Shown piece after piece: positions 1-10,061 of a stretch of 64,000 nt of DNA; the stretch's first letter is position 1; every line of letters starts with the position of its first letter. The notes below the pieces were generated by a model, which was not told the DNA's origin, searched no databases, and saw nothing but the letters and a program-made list of their open reading frames with translations. The position numbers were made by a program, and so were the translations under genes. Origin of the DNA: a virus; IMG/VR virus record IMGVR_UViG_3300036795_000143, positions 15,279 through 79,278 of that record; one strand, written 5' to 3'.

Positions 1-401
1 AGTAGGTCAAGGCGTTCGGAGAGCCCTCTGTGTGCGGCGATCACCTCCGCTTTGGTGGCGATGTCTTGCAACCGCGTCGCGACCTCTTGGACGCGTTCGG
101 TGTTCCGCCTGATGGAAGCTTCCGCCTCCATGCGGGTAATAAAATTCGCGGCCTGATCCGACAGGGCGGCACGGAACTCGTTTACCGAGTCGAATCGTTT
201 CGATGCGGCTTCCTCCGCTTTGTTCGTGGCTTTATCCGCTGCGACTAGCGCCGCTTCGACGGCGGTGCGCTGCGCGGTCAGAGCAGCTTCGATCGCTTTG
301 GTTTGCGCGTCGAACCGTTGCTGGTGCCGCAAATCCATTTCGACGAGCCGGCCAGTGAAATGCTCGAATAAGGTTTGGATCCGCCAGGGGCACCGGCTCA
401 T
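1..401 (-). CDS. Coiled-coil phage protein, probably lysis-region; 3' end runs off the window
   Basis: ATG at 401 overlaps the stop of the upstream gene (ATGA). The frame is open to the window edge: MSRCPWRIQTLFEHF...AADKATNKAEEAASKRFDSVNEFRAALSDQ. Not in the ORF track because it is partial. Confidence 0.6.
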   Translation of the reverse strand, partial: MSRCPWRIQTLFEHFTGRLVEMDLRHQQRFDAQTKAIEAALTAQRTAVEAALVAADKATNKAEEAASKRFDSVNEFRAALSDQAANFITRMEAEASIRRNTERVQEVATRLQDIATKAEVIAAHRGLSERLDL

Positions 402-937
402 CGTTGCGCGATCCGGTCGTACAGGTCAGCGGGACTAACGAGGTTAATATCGACACCGGGGTCGATGACGATTCCGGCTTGGGCGTAGCAATCAGCGACC
501 AGCGCGGAACACACCCGCCACTGATCCTGCTTGAAAGTGGCGTCGAGTTGCGCACCCGAACGGATCTTGAGGATTTCCAGGGCGAACCCAACATAAGCGG
601 GCCAGTCGTAATGCGTCCCGACCAGAGCGTGAGCGCGGGCGATAATAGTCAACCGCTGGTCGGTGGTGAGTGTCTCCCGGGAGTTCCACACCGCGTCGGG
701 GTGGCTATCCGCCTGGGAAACACGCGCTATCGGTGGTGCCGCTTCCACAATGAGACCGTTGCCGATGTAAACGAAAGCGTGCCCAGCCCATGATGCGGTG
801 GCGTGGCGGATCAGTTCACCAGCCAGGCCGCTGCCGTGACTGACGCCGTAGCTACCGGCGTAAATGATGTCACCGTTGCGGGCTTTATACGGGGTCAATT
901 CCGGTAATGAAACTGCTTCGGGCACGGCGGTAGTCAC
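398..937 (-). CDS. Permuted papain-like NlpC/P60 amidase (YiiX/YebB-like)
   Basis: N-terminal His motif (AGHAFVYIGNGLIVEA), YDW, then C-terminal Cys motif (VCSALVADCY) and VSPADL: the circularly permuted NlpC/P60 order. Confidence 0.8.
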   Translation of the reverse strand: MTTAVPEAVSLPELTPYKARNGDIIYAGSYGVSHGSGLAGELIRHATASWAGHAFVYIGNGLIVEAAPPIARVSQADSHPDAVWNSRETLTTDQRLTIIARAHALVGTHYDWPAYVGFALEILKIRSGAQLDATFKQDQWRVCSALVADCYAQAGIVIDPGVDINLVSPADLYDRIAQR

Positions 938-951
938 TGGGAACCTTTCGA

Positions 952-2871
952 TTACGTGATGTCGACGGTCGTTTTCGCGTCGCCGGTGAGTGACGCCGAT
1001 CCGATCGTGTTGCGGGTTAGCGACGCCGATCCCGTGGCCCCAACGGTGACCAGCGCCTGGCCTTGGGTGGCGACGGTGACTGTCACCACCGCTTCGGCTA
1101 CACCGGTGATCACGACGAACCCGGCTTCGGGGAGCCAGCTCAGGACGTCGGCGTGGGTACCGGCCAGCGCCAGCACGCAGAGGCCGCCGGTACCTGTTCG
1201 CTTACTCGGTGAGGCCGCGCCGACGATCAGGGCGACGTAGCCACTGCCGGTTAGTCGGGCGAGCCGGTGGCCGGTGCCGGTGCTGGACAGCCCGAGGGTG
1301 CACACGGCGCTGGCCGCCGCGTGTTTGCGCATCAGGCCGCTGGAGACCAGACCCACACACGCCGTACCGATGCCGCCCGCGAGCTTCGTGACGCTGCCCG
1401 CGCCGCTCAGTCCGAGGTAGATAGCAGCGGCGGGGAGTGCTCTCTTTATTGCGGTTCCGGTGGCGGCCATGCCGAGGGCCTGGCGCCCGGTGGTGATGGC
1501 GAGCCGAATATCAACGCCGGTACCGGTGAGCCCAACCGCGCAGCTGCCCGTGGTCCCGGTGACCTTGCGGCCGGTGCCGGTGGTGGTGAGCCCTGCCGGG
1601 CAGCTGCCCGCCGATCCGATCACCTTGCGTGCGACCGCGCCCGACGTGAGCCCGACGTTGGCCGTGGCGTGCTGCCCGGTGATCACCTTCCCGGCGGTAC
1701 TGGTCGCGGTGAAGCCAAGCTGGGCACTAGCGAGCTGGCCCGTGATGACTTTGCGCCCGGTGCTGGTCGCCGACAAACCCAGCGAGCAGGACCCCGTTAC
1801 AACGGCGATCTTCGAGCTGCTCGCCGTGGCGGTGAGACCGATGAACGCGGCCGGTGCGGGAGTGGGTTCTTTTTCGACGGCGGCCAGGCCCAGCGCGGCG
1901 ACACCGCCAGCGGGCGCGACTTTGCTCCCCGTGCCGGCGGTCGCCAACCCCAGCGCGGTGGTGCCGTCCTGGGGGGCGGCTTTGCTGCCGGTGCTGGTGC
2001 CGGCGAGTCCCGCCGTGCTCGTGCCTGCTTCGACTGCGACCTTGCGCGCGGTCGAAGTGCCGGCGATACCAACGGTCCCGACACCTGTGTGTGGTGCGGC
2101 CTTCCGTCCGGTGCCGGTGGCAGTGAGCCCGAGTGCGGTCCGGCCGGTGTCGGGTGCGGTTTTGCCTTGGGTGCCCGAGCTGGCCAGCCCGAGCGTCGTC
2201 GAGCCGCCCTGTGCGGCGGTGCGGTGTTGCGCACCGGTCGACGTGAGACCGATCGCGCTGGTGCCCTTATGCGCTGCGGTCCGGTGCTCGATACCGGTAC
2301 CGGTGAGCCCAGCTGAACCGGTGCCGCGCTGCGGTGCTGCCTTGCGGCCCACGCCCGTGCTGGTGGCGCCCACGGCGCTCGTACCGGCCTGCGGGGTCAG
2401 CTTGTGCCCGATGCCTGTGCTACTGAGGCCGGTGGCGCTGGTGCCCGCCTGGGCGGCCGTACGGTGCTGTACGCCCGTGCTGGTGGAACCGATCGCGCTG
2501 GTGCCGCGCTGTGCTGCGGTGCGGTGCTCAACGGACGTCGCGGTGACGCCCAGCGCGCTAGTACCGCCCTGCGGTGCCGTCTTCGGCCTGGTGCCGGTGC
2601 CCGCCAGCCCGAGTGCTCCGGTACCGGCTTCCGAAGCGGACTTCTTATCGACGCCTACCGCCGCGAGTCCTGTTGCGCTGGCGCCCTGTTGCGGCGCTGC
2701 CTTGCGGGCAGTACCGGTGCTGGCAAGCCCCAGTGCGGTACTGCCCCCCTGGGCTGCGACCTTGCGTCCGGTACCAGTGGCCGTCAGGCCCACCGCACTG
2801 GTGCCACCTTCAGGGACGGCGGCTACAGCCGTGGGGGTGTAGAGAACGAAATGCCGAATAGTCAGCGACAC
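952..2871 (-). CDS. Tail fibre/appendage-like protein with about 20-aa G/T/A-rich tandem repeats
   Basis: Repeating unit like GxxALGLxxTGxxRKxAPxx over most of the length; located at the distal end of the tail operon. Confidence 0.65.
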   Translation of the reverse strand: MSLTIRHFVLYTPTAVAAVPEGGTSAVGLTATGTGRKVAAQGGSTALGLASTGTARKAAPQQGASATGLAAVGVDKKSASEAGTGALGLAGTGTRPKTAPQGGTSALGVTATSVEHRTAAQRGTSAIGSTSTGVQHRTAAQAGTSATGLSSTGIGHKLTPQAGTSAVGATSTGVGRKAAPQRGTGSAGLTGTGIEHRTAAHKGTSAIGLTSTGAQHRTAAQGGSTTLGLASSGTQGKTAPDTGRTALGLTATGTGRKAAPHTGVGTVGIAGTSTARKVAVEAGTSTAGLAGTSTGSKAAPQDGTTALGLATAGTGSKVAPAGGVAALGLAAVEKEPTPAPAAFIGLTATASSSKIAVVTGSCSLGLSATSTGRKVITGQLASAQLGFTATSTAGKVITGQHATANVGLTSGAVARKVIGSAGSCPAGLTTTGTGRKVTGTTGSCAVGLTGTGVDIRLAITTGRQALGMAATGTAIKRALPAAAIYLGLSGAGSVTKLAGGIGTACVGLVSSGLMRKHAAASAVCTLGLSSTGTGHRLARLTGSGYVALIVGAASPSKRTGTGGLCVLALAGTHADVLSWLPEAGFVVITGVAEAVVTVTVATQGQALVTVGATGSASLTRNTIGSASLTGDAKTTVDIT

Positions 2872-2875
2872 GGCA

Positions 2876-3217
2876 TTACGCCCCTGACGATAGAATCACC
2901 CAAGGAAACGCGCGACCAGTACCAGCGGTTTGTTTCAACGTCGCTTTGAAATCACCCGTCGCCATGATCGGCACCGAGTCCACCAGTTTCTGATCGGGTG
3001 GGATGGGCCCGAACTCAGCGGGCCCGTGGATCAAGCGTTCCGTGTCGGTGGCATTGCGGGCTTTCGTGTAGACCCGCAGCTCCAGCAGGTCACTGACCGC
3101 GAGGTTCGCGATGTCCACCCGGAGCACATAAATCCCTGCGGTGACGACCGTGGCCAGTGTGTGCTCTGTCCCGATGACCGCTGTTTGGGAACCGCTCGTG
3201 TTTTCGGTGACGGCCAC
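2876..3217 (-). CDS. Minor virion protein (hypothetical)
   Basis: Good SD (AGGAGG), beta-rich, tightly packed in the tail operon. Confidence 0.6.
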   Translation of the reverse strand: MAVTENTSGSQTAVIGTEHTLATVVTAGIYVLRVDIANLAVSDLLELRVYTKARNATDTERLIHGPAEFGPIPPDQKLVDSVPIMATGDFKATLKQTAGTGRAFPWVILSSGA

Positions 3218-3226
3218 GGCAACCTC

Positions 3227-4039
3227 CTAAGTGATGCCGTAGAGGACAAAATCAAACAACCTGGCTGGTGACGTAGCGATGCTGCATTGCGCACGAACAG
3301 CCAGCCGTGACCCACTCGGAATGCTGACCGGGAACACCGGTGAGTAGCCGGGAGCTAAAGTGTTACCCGTTGATTGGACCAAGCGATAGTTCGGGATTAG
3401 TACAACCTCGGATCCGGAGGCTCCCACCCCAACGTCGACCACCCAGCTCGCGACGGTCGCTGAGGTGTTTCCCTGATTACCGCAGCAGAGAAGCAAGCCC
3501 CGGGTGACTGCCGTCGTAGACGCGGTGAGCTGCGCCCAAGCGCCTTTCGTGTTGGCGGTCGCGCCGGGGTCGATAGGCGTTCCCCTGGAGTTCGTAGTCA
3601 CCGCGCCGTAAGCAGTAACCAATGATCTAGCTGCCGGTAAATCAAACGCGCCGCCAATGATGTACGCGGTGCAGGTGCCCGCAACGGACGCCGAGCTAGC
3701 CTGAATACGAACGGATAACCGAGACGCCGCTGGAATGCTTATCGGAACGTAGATCGCCACAGGGAGATTCGTCACCGACGCTGGCGGGACGGCGTGCAAA
3801 TTAGGTACCAGCACGACTTCGGAACCCGACGCGCCGATACCAACATCCATCAGGCTGGGCACCGATGCCGGATTGTAGATAACCAACAACGCGCTCGCGG
3901 TGAAGGATGTGGATGCGATCAACTGAGCCCAGGCGCCTTTAACGTTAACCGTTGCCGAGGAGGTAACCGCCGTCCCGCTAGACCCGCTCACACCTGCGTC
4001 AACAACCCGGCAACTACCTTCGGGAGGCCAATCAGCCAT
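3227..4039 (-). CDS. Minor tail protein with an internally duplicated domain
   Basis: Start MADWPPEG overlaps the upstream stop (TAATG). Two copies of KGAWAQLxAST...DVG(I/V)GASGSEVVL(V/I)PN...P(I/V)SIPxxSRLxVRxQ. Confidence 0.7.
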   Translation of the reverse strand: MADWPPEGSCRVVDAGVSGSSGTAVTSSATVNVKGAWAQLIASTSFTASALLVIYNPASVPSLMDVGIGASGSEVVLVPNLHAVPPASVTNLPVAIYVPISIPAASRLSVRIQASSASVAGTCTAYIIGGAFDLPAARSLVTAYGAVTTNSRGTPIDPGATANTKGAWAQLTASTTAVTRGLLLCCGNQGNTSATVASWVVDVGVGASGSEVVLIPNYRLVQSTGNTLAPGYSPVFPVSIPSGSRLAVRAQCSIATSPARLFDFVLYGIT

Positions 4040-4713
4040 TACATGGTGGTGGCGTCGAGGATCAGCGCACCAGCAGCGACGGTGATCTGACCTTGGGAGG
4101 CGAATACTTCCGGCACAACGCGTTGCCAAAAGAACCCACCGGAAGCCAAAACGGTTAAGGTGATCGCTGCGCCACCGGAAGTCGCGGACAGCTGGAATGT
4201 GTTCGTGGCACTACCGACAATGAAGTAAATAGTGCCCTCGGTGATACCAGTCGACAGAGTCGTATTGAACTCGTTGTAAAGGATGACGCGGTCACCGTTG
4301 GACAGGCCGTGGGCGACGGAGAAGAAGTCCGCGTTGGCTAGGGTCGTGTCGACCGAGGCGAAACCCTTGAGTGGAGTGGTCCCACCGAAAGGAATGTAGC
4401 CAAGATACTGGGTGCCGCTGTTACCGGTGAGAGCGTTCCACAAACCGAAATACGCGTAGGTGCCAGCGGCGACATCGAACGTGAAAGTGCTTGTATTGGT
4501 TTTCTGGCCAGAGGCAGCGGCGCTCCAAACAGCAGCTTTCCGAGCGTAGGCCGGTGAACCACCGGTCGCCTCGGTACCACCAGCGGTCAGGGTAGTGCCG
4601 GGGTCACCGCTGGACTGGTGGATACCGACGAACCCGATCCCACTGGACGGCGCGGCGGGGGTCTCATCGAGAGCATCCAGTGCTTGGTTCCATGCTGTGG
4701 CGTTAAAGGGCAT
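4039..4713 (-). CDS. Minor tail protein
   Basis: EATGGSPAYARKA..W...FDV.AGT..YFGLW motif of the kind seen in actinophage tail proteins, plus an AHGLSNGDRV insert. Confidence 0.7.
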   Translation of the reverse strand: MPFNATAWNQALDALDETPAAPSSGIGFVGIHQSSGDPGTTLTAGGTEATGGSPAYARKAAVWSAAASGQKTNTSTFTFDVAAGTYAYFGLWNALTGNSGTQYLGYIPFGGTTPLKGFASVDTTLANADFFSVAHGLSNGDRVILYNEFNTTLSTGITEGTIYFIVGSATNTFQLSATSGGAAITLTVLASGGFFWQRVVPEVFASQGQITVAAGALILDATTM

Positions 4714-4721
4714 TAGTGCTC

Positions 4722-6263
4722 CTAAATGAGATTCACGGTCGCTATGGTGTTATTAGTAAGTTCGGTGTCCGCGAGGTCGCTATGGGTGAGGACCACTGAA
4801 AGGGCCCTCGGTGGCCACGGCCGGGCGGGTGGGAAGAACTTGACTTCGGTCCCGGTGCCAGTAATGGCCAGCGCGACCAGCGCGCTAGTAGCGACGGTTT
4901 TACGTGCAGTGCCGGCGTTCGACAGTCCGAGGGTGCACACCGCGCTGGTTATCGCGACCTTGCGGACGGGACCAGCGAGGCCGACCAAACCGAAATAGCT
5001 AGTGGATTTGTTTTCCTGACCAGCGTGCGTGGCGGATAAGCCGATAGCGCACAAACCGGCGACAACAGCGGCTTTGCGGTCGACTGCGGTAGCGGCAGCG
5101 CCGAACGCGGCGGCGCCACGCTGCGGTGCGGTCTTGCGTTCCGTCGCGGTGGTGGCCAACCCGAGTGCGGCGGCACCAGCAGTGGCCGCAAGCTTTCGGT
5201 CGATGGCCGAGCTGGTGAGACCGAGGGCCGCGCGGCCGGTTTCCGCAGTGGTTTTCGCTGCGGTGCCCGAGCTGGCCAACCCGAGCGCGGCGCGGCCGGT
5301 GATCGGGGCTGTCTTGTGCGGTGTCCCGGTGCCCGCCAGGCCCAGCGAGCTGGCGCCGGCCTGCGCGGCGGTGCGGTGCTCAACACTGGTCGACGTCGCA
5401 CCCAGGGCGCCCGTACCGGCTTGCACCGCTCGTTTGGTGTCGACAGCACTGGTCGCGAGCCCCACCGCGCCACGACCAACTTGCGGGGCGGCTTTGCGGT
5501 CGATACCGGTACCGGCGAGGCCGAGTGCGCAACTGCCGCCGGTGGGAGCAACTTTCGCCCCGATGCCGGTCGCCGCTAAACCGATCGGGGTTTGACCGCT
5601 TTCGGCGACCGCTGTCTGCGGAAGGATTTCCAGCGCTGCGCTAACGGACGTCGTTGAGGACCCGAACGTGCCACCGAATGTGGTAGCACCGGGAGTGCCC
5701 GTCGCTGACGTCGATTTCCAGCTGACCGCATAAGCGTTGTTCGTGGTATCAGTGAACGCCGGGGTGATCAGCGTTGTGGCCGCGTTCGGGGTGAGCGCAC
5801 TGCTGTTGTTCCAGTTATCCGCGATGCCGTAAACAACCGAGCCGGTTTGGGTGGTTGTTACCGAAAATGTGCCAACAGTCGATGACGACCCGGTGTTACG
5901 GCTCCCGCTGCCCGCGCCGGATTGCGAGGTCGCCGCACCGGTGAGGACCCGGACCGCAATGTATTCGTCACCAGCGTTATTGGTGAACGCGGCGGTGACC
6001 GTGATAGAACCGGGTGCGGTGGTCAACTGGCACAGGTAAATACCGACCGTGCCGTGACCAACAACCGGTGTGATCCCAGCGGTCCAGGTATGGCTACCGG
6101 AGTCGGAGACGCTGATGGTTTCGTTGCTGCCCGAACTGAAACCACCGGAGACGATAGCGACCAGCAGTGAGTTAGCCGGCGGGCTAAATGAGGCTGTAAC
6201 GACCGAGCCGACAGCAGTCTTAGAGACTACTGCCGGTGTGGAACCGTCCTCTGTGATAGCCAT
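4722..6263 (-). CDS. Tail fibre/adhesin-like protein: S/T-rich N-terminal domain plus 20-aa repeats
   Basis: C-terminal half has the same repeat as 952..2871. Confidence 0.65.
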   Translation of the reverse strand: MAITEDGSTPAVVSKTAVGSVVTASFSPPANSLLVAIVSGGFSSGSNETISVSDSGSHTWTAGITPVVGHGTVGIYLCQLTTAPGSITVTAAFTNNAGDEYIAVRVLTGAATSQSGAGSGSRNTGSSSTVGTFSVTTTQTGSVVYGIADNWNNSSALTPNAATTLITPAFTDTTNNAYAVSWKSTSATGTPGATTFGGTFGSSTTSVSAALEILPQTAVAESGQTPIGLAATGIGAKVAPTGGSCALGLAGTGIDRKAAPQVGRGAVGLATSAVDTKRAVQAGTGALGATSTSVEHRTAAQAGASSLGLAGTGTPHKTAPITGRAALGLASSGTAAKTTAETGRAALGLTSSAIDRKLAATAGAAALGLATTATERKTAPQRGAAAFGAAATAVDRKAAVVAGLCAIGLSATHAGQENKSTSYFGLVGLAGPVRKVAITSAVCTLGLSNAGTARKTVATSALVALAITGTGTEVKFFPPARPWPPRALSVVLTHSDLADTELTNNTIATVNLI

Positions 6264-6278
6264 CAGCCACCCCCAGAG

Positions 6279-6704
6279 TTAGTGGTCAATAGCCTCGAAA
6301 GAAACCTCATAAACCTCATCGATAATGCGTTCCACATAGCCGGTGATCGGGTCGGTTAGCTCCGCTTGGATGACAACCAGGGGGCAACGCCAGTTCAGGG
6401 TTTGTGTGGGTGTGACGTGCAGCTGGACCTGGTCGGGCACAGCGCCGCCGGCTACCGCTGTGCCTTGGGTACCGGTGGGAGTGGTGTCCCACTCCGCGAC
6501 GATCGGGTTGTACATGCGGAACCGGTAAGGCACTGATTGCCTACCGAGGACAACGCGTTCGTAACGGGCCCTGGCCACGGCGTGCACACTGCATCCGGTG
6601 ACGTCCATGGAAAGACCGGTACGAACATTGATAATGCTGTTTGCTTCGATCCAACAATCGACACCTTGGCGAATAACACCACCAGCGCCGGTGTGCGGGG
6701 CCAT
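6279..6704 (-). CDS. Tail-associated protein (hypothetical, possibly BppU-like)
   Basis: Packed ORF in the tail operon. Confidence 0.5.
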   Translation of the reverse strand: MAPHTGAGGVIRQGVDCWIEANSIINVRTGLSMDVTGCSVHAVARARYERVVLGRQSVPYRFRMYNPIVAEWDTTPTGTQGTAVAGGAVPDQVQLHVTPTQTLNWRCPLVVIQAELTDPITGYVERIIDEVYEVSFEAIDH

Positions 6705-7213
6705 TAGAAGTCACCGATAATGGTCGACGGACCGAGGTTGGTAACAGTGATCGCGGTGGCGACAGCCGCGTTAATGTTTCCCGTGCCAGCCTGGCGAACC
6801 ATGGTGCCGGCGAAATAATCCAATTCGGCGGTAGTGGTCTTGTAAAGAACCGACAAATGCCCGTGGTTGATGCCCGGCGACACGTACACACCGAACGCGA
6901 TGTCCTCGGCGACGATGGTGCCGGACACACTGGTCAACCGGATTTTCATATCAACATCTGTCGCCGCCACGCTCACCGTAAAACACGCGAAAAAGTCAAT
7001 AAGGAAAACGCTGTTCGCGGCCATCGACAGGGTTTGTGTATCGACCACGATCGTTTCGATGGTGACGATGTTGGAGCTGGGTCCGGTGCGCCGTTTGCCA
7101 CCGAGAATGCCCAGGCCGTCGATCGCCTGGGCGAGGTTGCCGACCGCCAACGGGCCGCTCGGGAGATCCGCCAACGCGGGGTACGGCAAGCCGAGTTTAG
7201 ACGTGTTCGGCAT
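6704..7213 (-). CDS. Minor tail protein
   Basis: N-terminus MPNTSKLGLPYPALAD..LAQAID, typical of actinophage tail proteins. Confidence 0.65.
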   Translation of the reverse strand: MPNTSKLGLPYPALADLPSGPLAVGNLAQAIDGLGILGGKRRTGPSSNIVTIETIVVDTQTLSMAANSVFLIDFFACFTVSVAATDVDMKIRLTSVSGTIVAEDIAFGVYVSPGINHGHLSVLYKTTTAELDYFAGTMVRQAGTGNINAAVATAITVTNLGPSTIIGDF

Positions 7214-7221
7214 GCGCTACC

Positions 7222-8463
7222 TCATATCGAATAGGTGACTTGAATGTAAGGCCGGGTTGCAGCGCCGAAACCGAACCCTCGGAAACCGGTAGCCGAGTCC
7301 GAGAAGTTGTACGAGCCACCGAGCACGCTGTTCGCGTTATTCGACAAGATGTTGACCATTTGCGAGGAAATGTCGAAGCCCGCCCAGCCGGGAATGTTCC
7401 ACAGGTTCTTAATGTCCTGGCCGCCGAACCCGTTGTTGGGGAACGTCGCGGCGATGCTCGACGTGGTGCTCCATTGGTAAGTCAGGTCCGCTGGACTAGA
7501 CGATGCGGCGAACGCATTCAGGAACATTTCGGCGGAAAGGATCGTCGCGCCAGCAAGATCGGATCGCATTGTCGAAGCGGGGAAAGTCCACATATGCGCT
7601 TCGTTACCGAATGAACGGCCCGACAGTGACCAGGTGTACATATTGTTGTCCTGGTCGGTGCCACCGATAGGGTTCCCGTTGTGGTCGTAGGAACGGGAAC
7701 CGGTAGCCGTGTAGATCTTAATAAAGGTGTTAGCGCCACCGAAGGTGCCCAGCTCGGAAATGCGCAGCCACGATCCTTGTCCGAGGGTGGCTGCGGTAGA
7801 TCCACTGTCGAGCCCGACGCGGAGTTGCAAGAGGCCGGGGGTGTCCGTGGTCGCGAACCATCCCCACATACCACCCACCTGGAGGCCGCTGGTGCCGCCA
7901 TACGACAGAGTCGCGGTGTCCCCGTAGGCGTTGAGAGCGACGACGTTGACACCATTGACAACGGTGCCGGTGGTGAGGCCGTACATTCCCCACTTCGCGG
8001 CCATATTCGCCGGACCGTTGAAAGCGAACTTGATGTCTGACGATGAGTTTGCGGTGACGAAGATGGCGCCGTCGATACTGTATTGCGTGTTCTCGTTGAC
8101 GAGGAAGTTGAGGATCCCGGCGTCGATCAGCGTGGTGGTGGGGACGGCGAGGTCACCGACCAGCGATCGGTAACGAATGGGGTCAATGAGGGTGACCGCC
8201 GAGGCGCTACCCAGCATTCCCATCACAATGTAACCGGCTGGACCTTTGGCCAATAAAACGGTGCCCACGGTCAGGCCATTAGGTGAGACGACGGGCAGAT
8301 TCCGGTAGGTGACCGGCCCTACGATGACGGTGTTGGAAAAGGAAACGGCGTCCCATTGGGTCATCACGCCACCGACCCAGTTCTGTGCCAACGTTGGATC
8401 CGGCGGCACAGAAGATGGGGTGATGAATAGGCGCGTCAGGCTAAACGCATCAGGCACGGTCAC
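7222..8463 (-). CDS. Minor tail protein
   Basis: 413 aa, in the tail operon; C-terminal 'LAGATILSAEMFL...RPYIQVTY' domain. Confidence 0.65.
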   Translation of the reverse strand: MTVPDAFSLTRLFITPSSVPPDPTLAQNWVGGVMTQWDAVSFSNTVIVGPVTYRNLPVVSPNGLTVGTVLLAKGPAGYIVMGMLGSASAVTLIDPIRYRSLVGDLAVPTTTLIDAGILNFLVNENTQYSIDGAIFVTANSSSDIKFAFNGPANMAAKWGMYGLTTGTVVNGVNVVALNAYGDTATLSYGGTSGLQVGGMWGWFATTDTPGLLQLRVGLDSGSTAATLGQGSWLRISELGTFGGANTFIKIYTATGSRSYDHNGNPIGGTDQDNNMYTWSLSGRSFGNEAHMWTFPASTMRSDLAGATILSAEMFLNAFAASSSPADLTYQWSTTSSIAATFPNNGFGGQDIKNLWNIPGWAGFDISSQMVNILSNNANSVLGGSYNFSDSATGFRGFGFGAATRPYIQVTYSI

Positions 8464-8477
8464 GTCGTGAGCCTCAT

Positions 8478-8849
8478 TCAGCTGGCCGCTAGGACTAGTA
8501 CCGCGACGCGGTAGGTAATGGTGGGGCTCCCGGTCCCGGTGACCGTCGAGGTGACACGCATATCACCACCGGCGTTGAGTGCAGCGTTAACAGCTGCACT
8601 TCCAGGGCCGGACAACACCGTCGTTTCGGTCCCGGGAACGGTAGTCCAGCTTGTACCGCCATCAGTCGAGATCTCAAAAGAACATACTAACGACGGCGAG
8701 CCGCTGGATTCGCTTGCGTATACGAGCAGTTCGGTTGCCTCGAAATTGAGGTCGGTATTGTTGATTAAATCGGATGTGTAGATGCCAGGGCCACGGGCGC
8801 CGGACGCGATGGCGAGAGCACCGGTCATACCTCTATAGGTAACAGTCAT
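8478..8849 (-). CDS. Small virion beta-sandwich protein, paralogue-like to 16683..17039
   Basis: Shares the SGxSPxLxxxxExSxDxxTxW and RVxSTVxG..TxTYxVA pattern with 16683..17039. Confidence 0.55.
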   Translation of the reverse strand: MTVTYRGMTGALAIASGARGPGIYTSDLINNTDLNFEATELLVYASESSGSPSLVCSFEISTDGGTSWTTVPGTETTVLSGPGSAAVNAALNAGGDMRVTSTVTGTGSPTITYRVAVLVLAAS

Positions 8850-8861
8850 AATTGTTCCTCT

Positions 8862-10061
8862 TCACAAGATCCCGAGGCCCAGCGAAAGGCCCTCAGTGGC
8901 GGTCGGGATTCGGGTGGTGATCGTCCCCGGCACGTTCGCTTTGAGTGGGATCACAATGGTGTCGAGCATGCAGCGGAACGGTTTGAAATCCGGCCGCAGG
9001 ATGACGTCTAGGGGGTCGTTGCATTCCAGCGCGGGGTTGGGCACCACCTGCATTGTGAACGTCAGGGGCAGGGCGATGTACCGACGTAGGAGCACCTCAC
9101 CGGCGAGTTCCACATCTCCATCGGTTTGGAGCAGCGGGGATGAGTAGTACGTCGGACTGGGGCCGAATTGCGGGTACGTGATTTTGTTCCACGCTAACGG
9201 CGAGTTGCTGTCAGCGTTGAAAGTCGCTATGAAGTCGGTGATGCTAGACGGATCCGATCCGTAAGCAGTCACGATATTGTGGACGTCGGTTCTTTTCACT
9301 GATCGCTTCGTGCTGATAATCGCGCCATCAGCACCACCGTGTAATGTCGCGACAGCGTGGGAAAAATCGAACTTGAGACTGTAGACAAGCATTTCGCCGT
9401 TCGTGGTGAAACGGATCCCCGCGTAATAGAATTTGATCAGCTGGGCGAGGTAGGCGTAAGCGTCGTCCTCCACGATCTGGTCCCCGATGATCAGAGTCGC
9501 ATCAGGGTCATAACCGGTCCAGCTGATCGGCATCCGCGCGTAGAGGTACATCCCGTAACCATCGGGGCTCAATCCCGGATAAGTGGCCTGCTGCGGGATG
9601 GCAATACCATTGACGAGCCTTTGGAAAACGTTGCGGTGGGAGTCCCCGTTATTCAACGGCAGCGGGAAGACTAACTTATTTTGTTGTAGCTGGGCGGTGC
9701 GGTCCAAGCAAGTCAGGGTGATCGGGCCAAATGGCGCGGAGTCCTGGGATGCCTGTTCGATGCGGTGGTATCCGAGGCCCACATACTCGACGTCACCGGG
9801 ACCGAATTCGATGCCCCGTTCGATGAAAATTTCCTGGCCGAACGGTTGCACGTCATCCCAGAATTCAGCGGGCACGGTAATCGTTAACGTGCTCTTAATA
9901 TCTGACAGGGATTGGATCGTTACATTGCCGTCAACGACCGGTAGGTCGGTTCCCGTCGGGCTCAAACCGAACTGCGGCACCGGGTTGCACAACGTCGCCC
10001 GGACAGCCATCTTGTGCGGTCCCTGCAACGCCGCCAGGAACCGACCCGAAACCGAGTGCAT
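8862..10061 (-). CDS. Tail hub/Tal-like protein (DUF5047-like)
   Basis: Start MHSVSGRFL (TGATG overlap). Motifs PFGQEIFIERGI, YYSSPLL, PNPALECND. Confidence 0.7.
   Translation of the reverse strand: MHSVSGRFLAALQGPHKMAVRATLCNPVPQFGLSPTGTDLPVVDGNVTIQSLSDIKSTLTITVPAEFWDDVQPFGQEIFIERGIEFGPGDVEYVGLGYHRIEQASQDSAPFGPITLTCLDRTAQLQQNKLVFPLPLNNGDSHRNVFQRLVNGIAIPQQATYPGLSPDGYGMYLYARMPISWTGYDPDATLIIGDQIVEDDAYAYLAQLIKFYYAGIRFTTNGEMLVYSLKFDFSHAVATLHGGADGAIISTKRSVKRTDVHNIVTAYGSDPSSITDFIATFNADSNSPLAWNKITYPQFGPSPTYYSSPLLQTDGDVELAGEVLLRRYIALPLTFTMQVVPNPALECNDPLDVILRPDFKPFRCMLDTIVIPLKANVPGTITTRIPTATEGLSLGLGIL

Noticed and set aside
956-5644. Long plus-strand ORFs (for example 1460..2842, 1267..2316, 5029..5595)
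   Set aside because: These are antisense shadows of GC-rich repetitive tail genes, with no SD or domain signal.
952-8463. Diversity-generating retroelement acting on tail fibre genes
   Set aside because: No reverse transcriptase and no TR/VR pair differing only at adenines was seen in the window.
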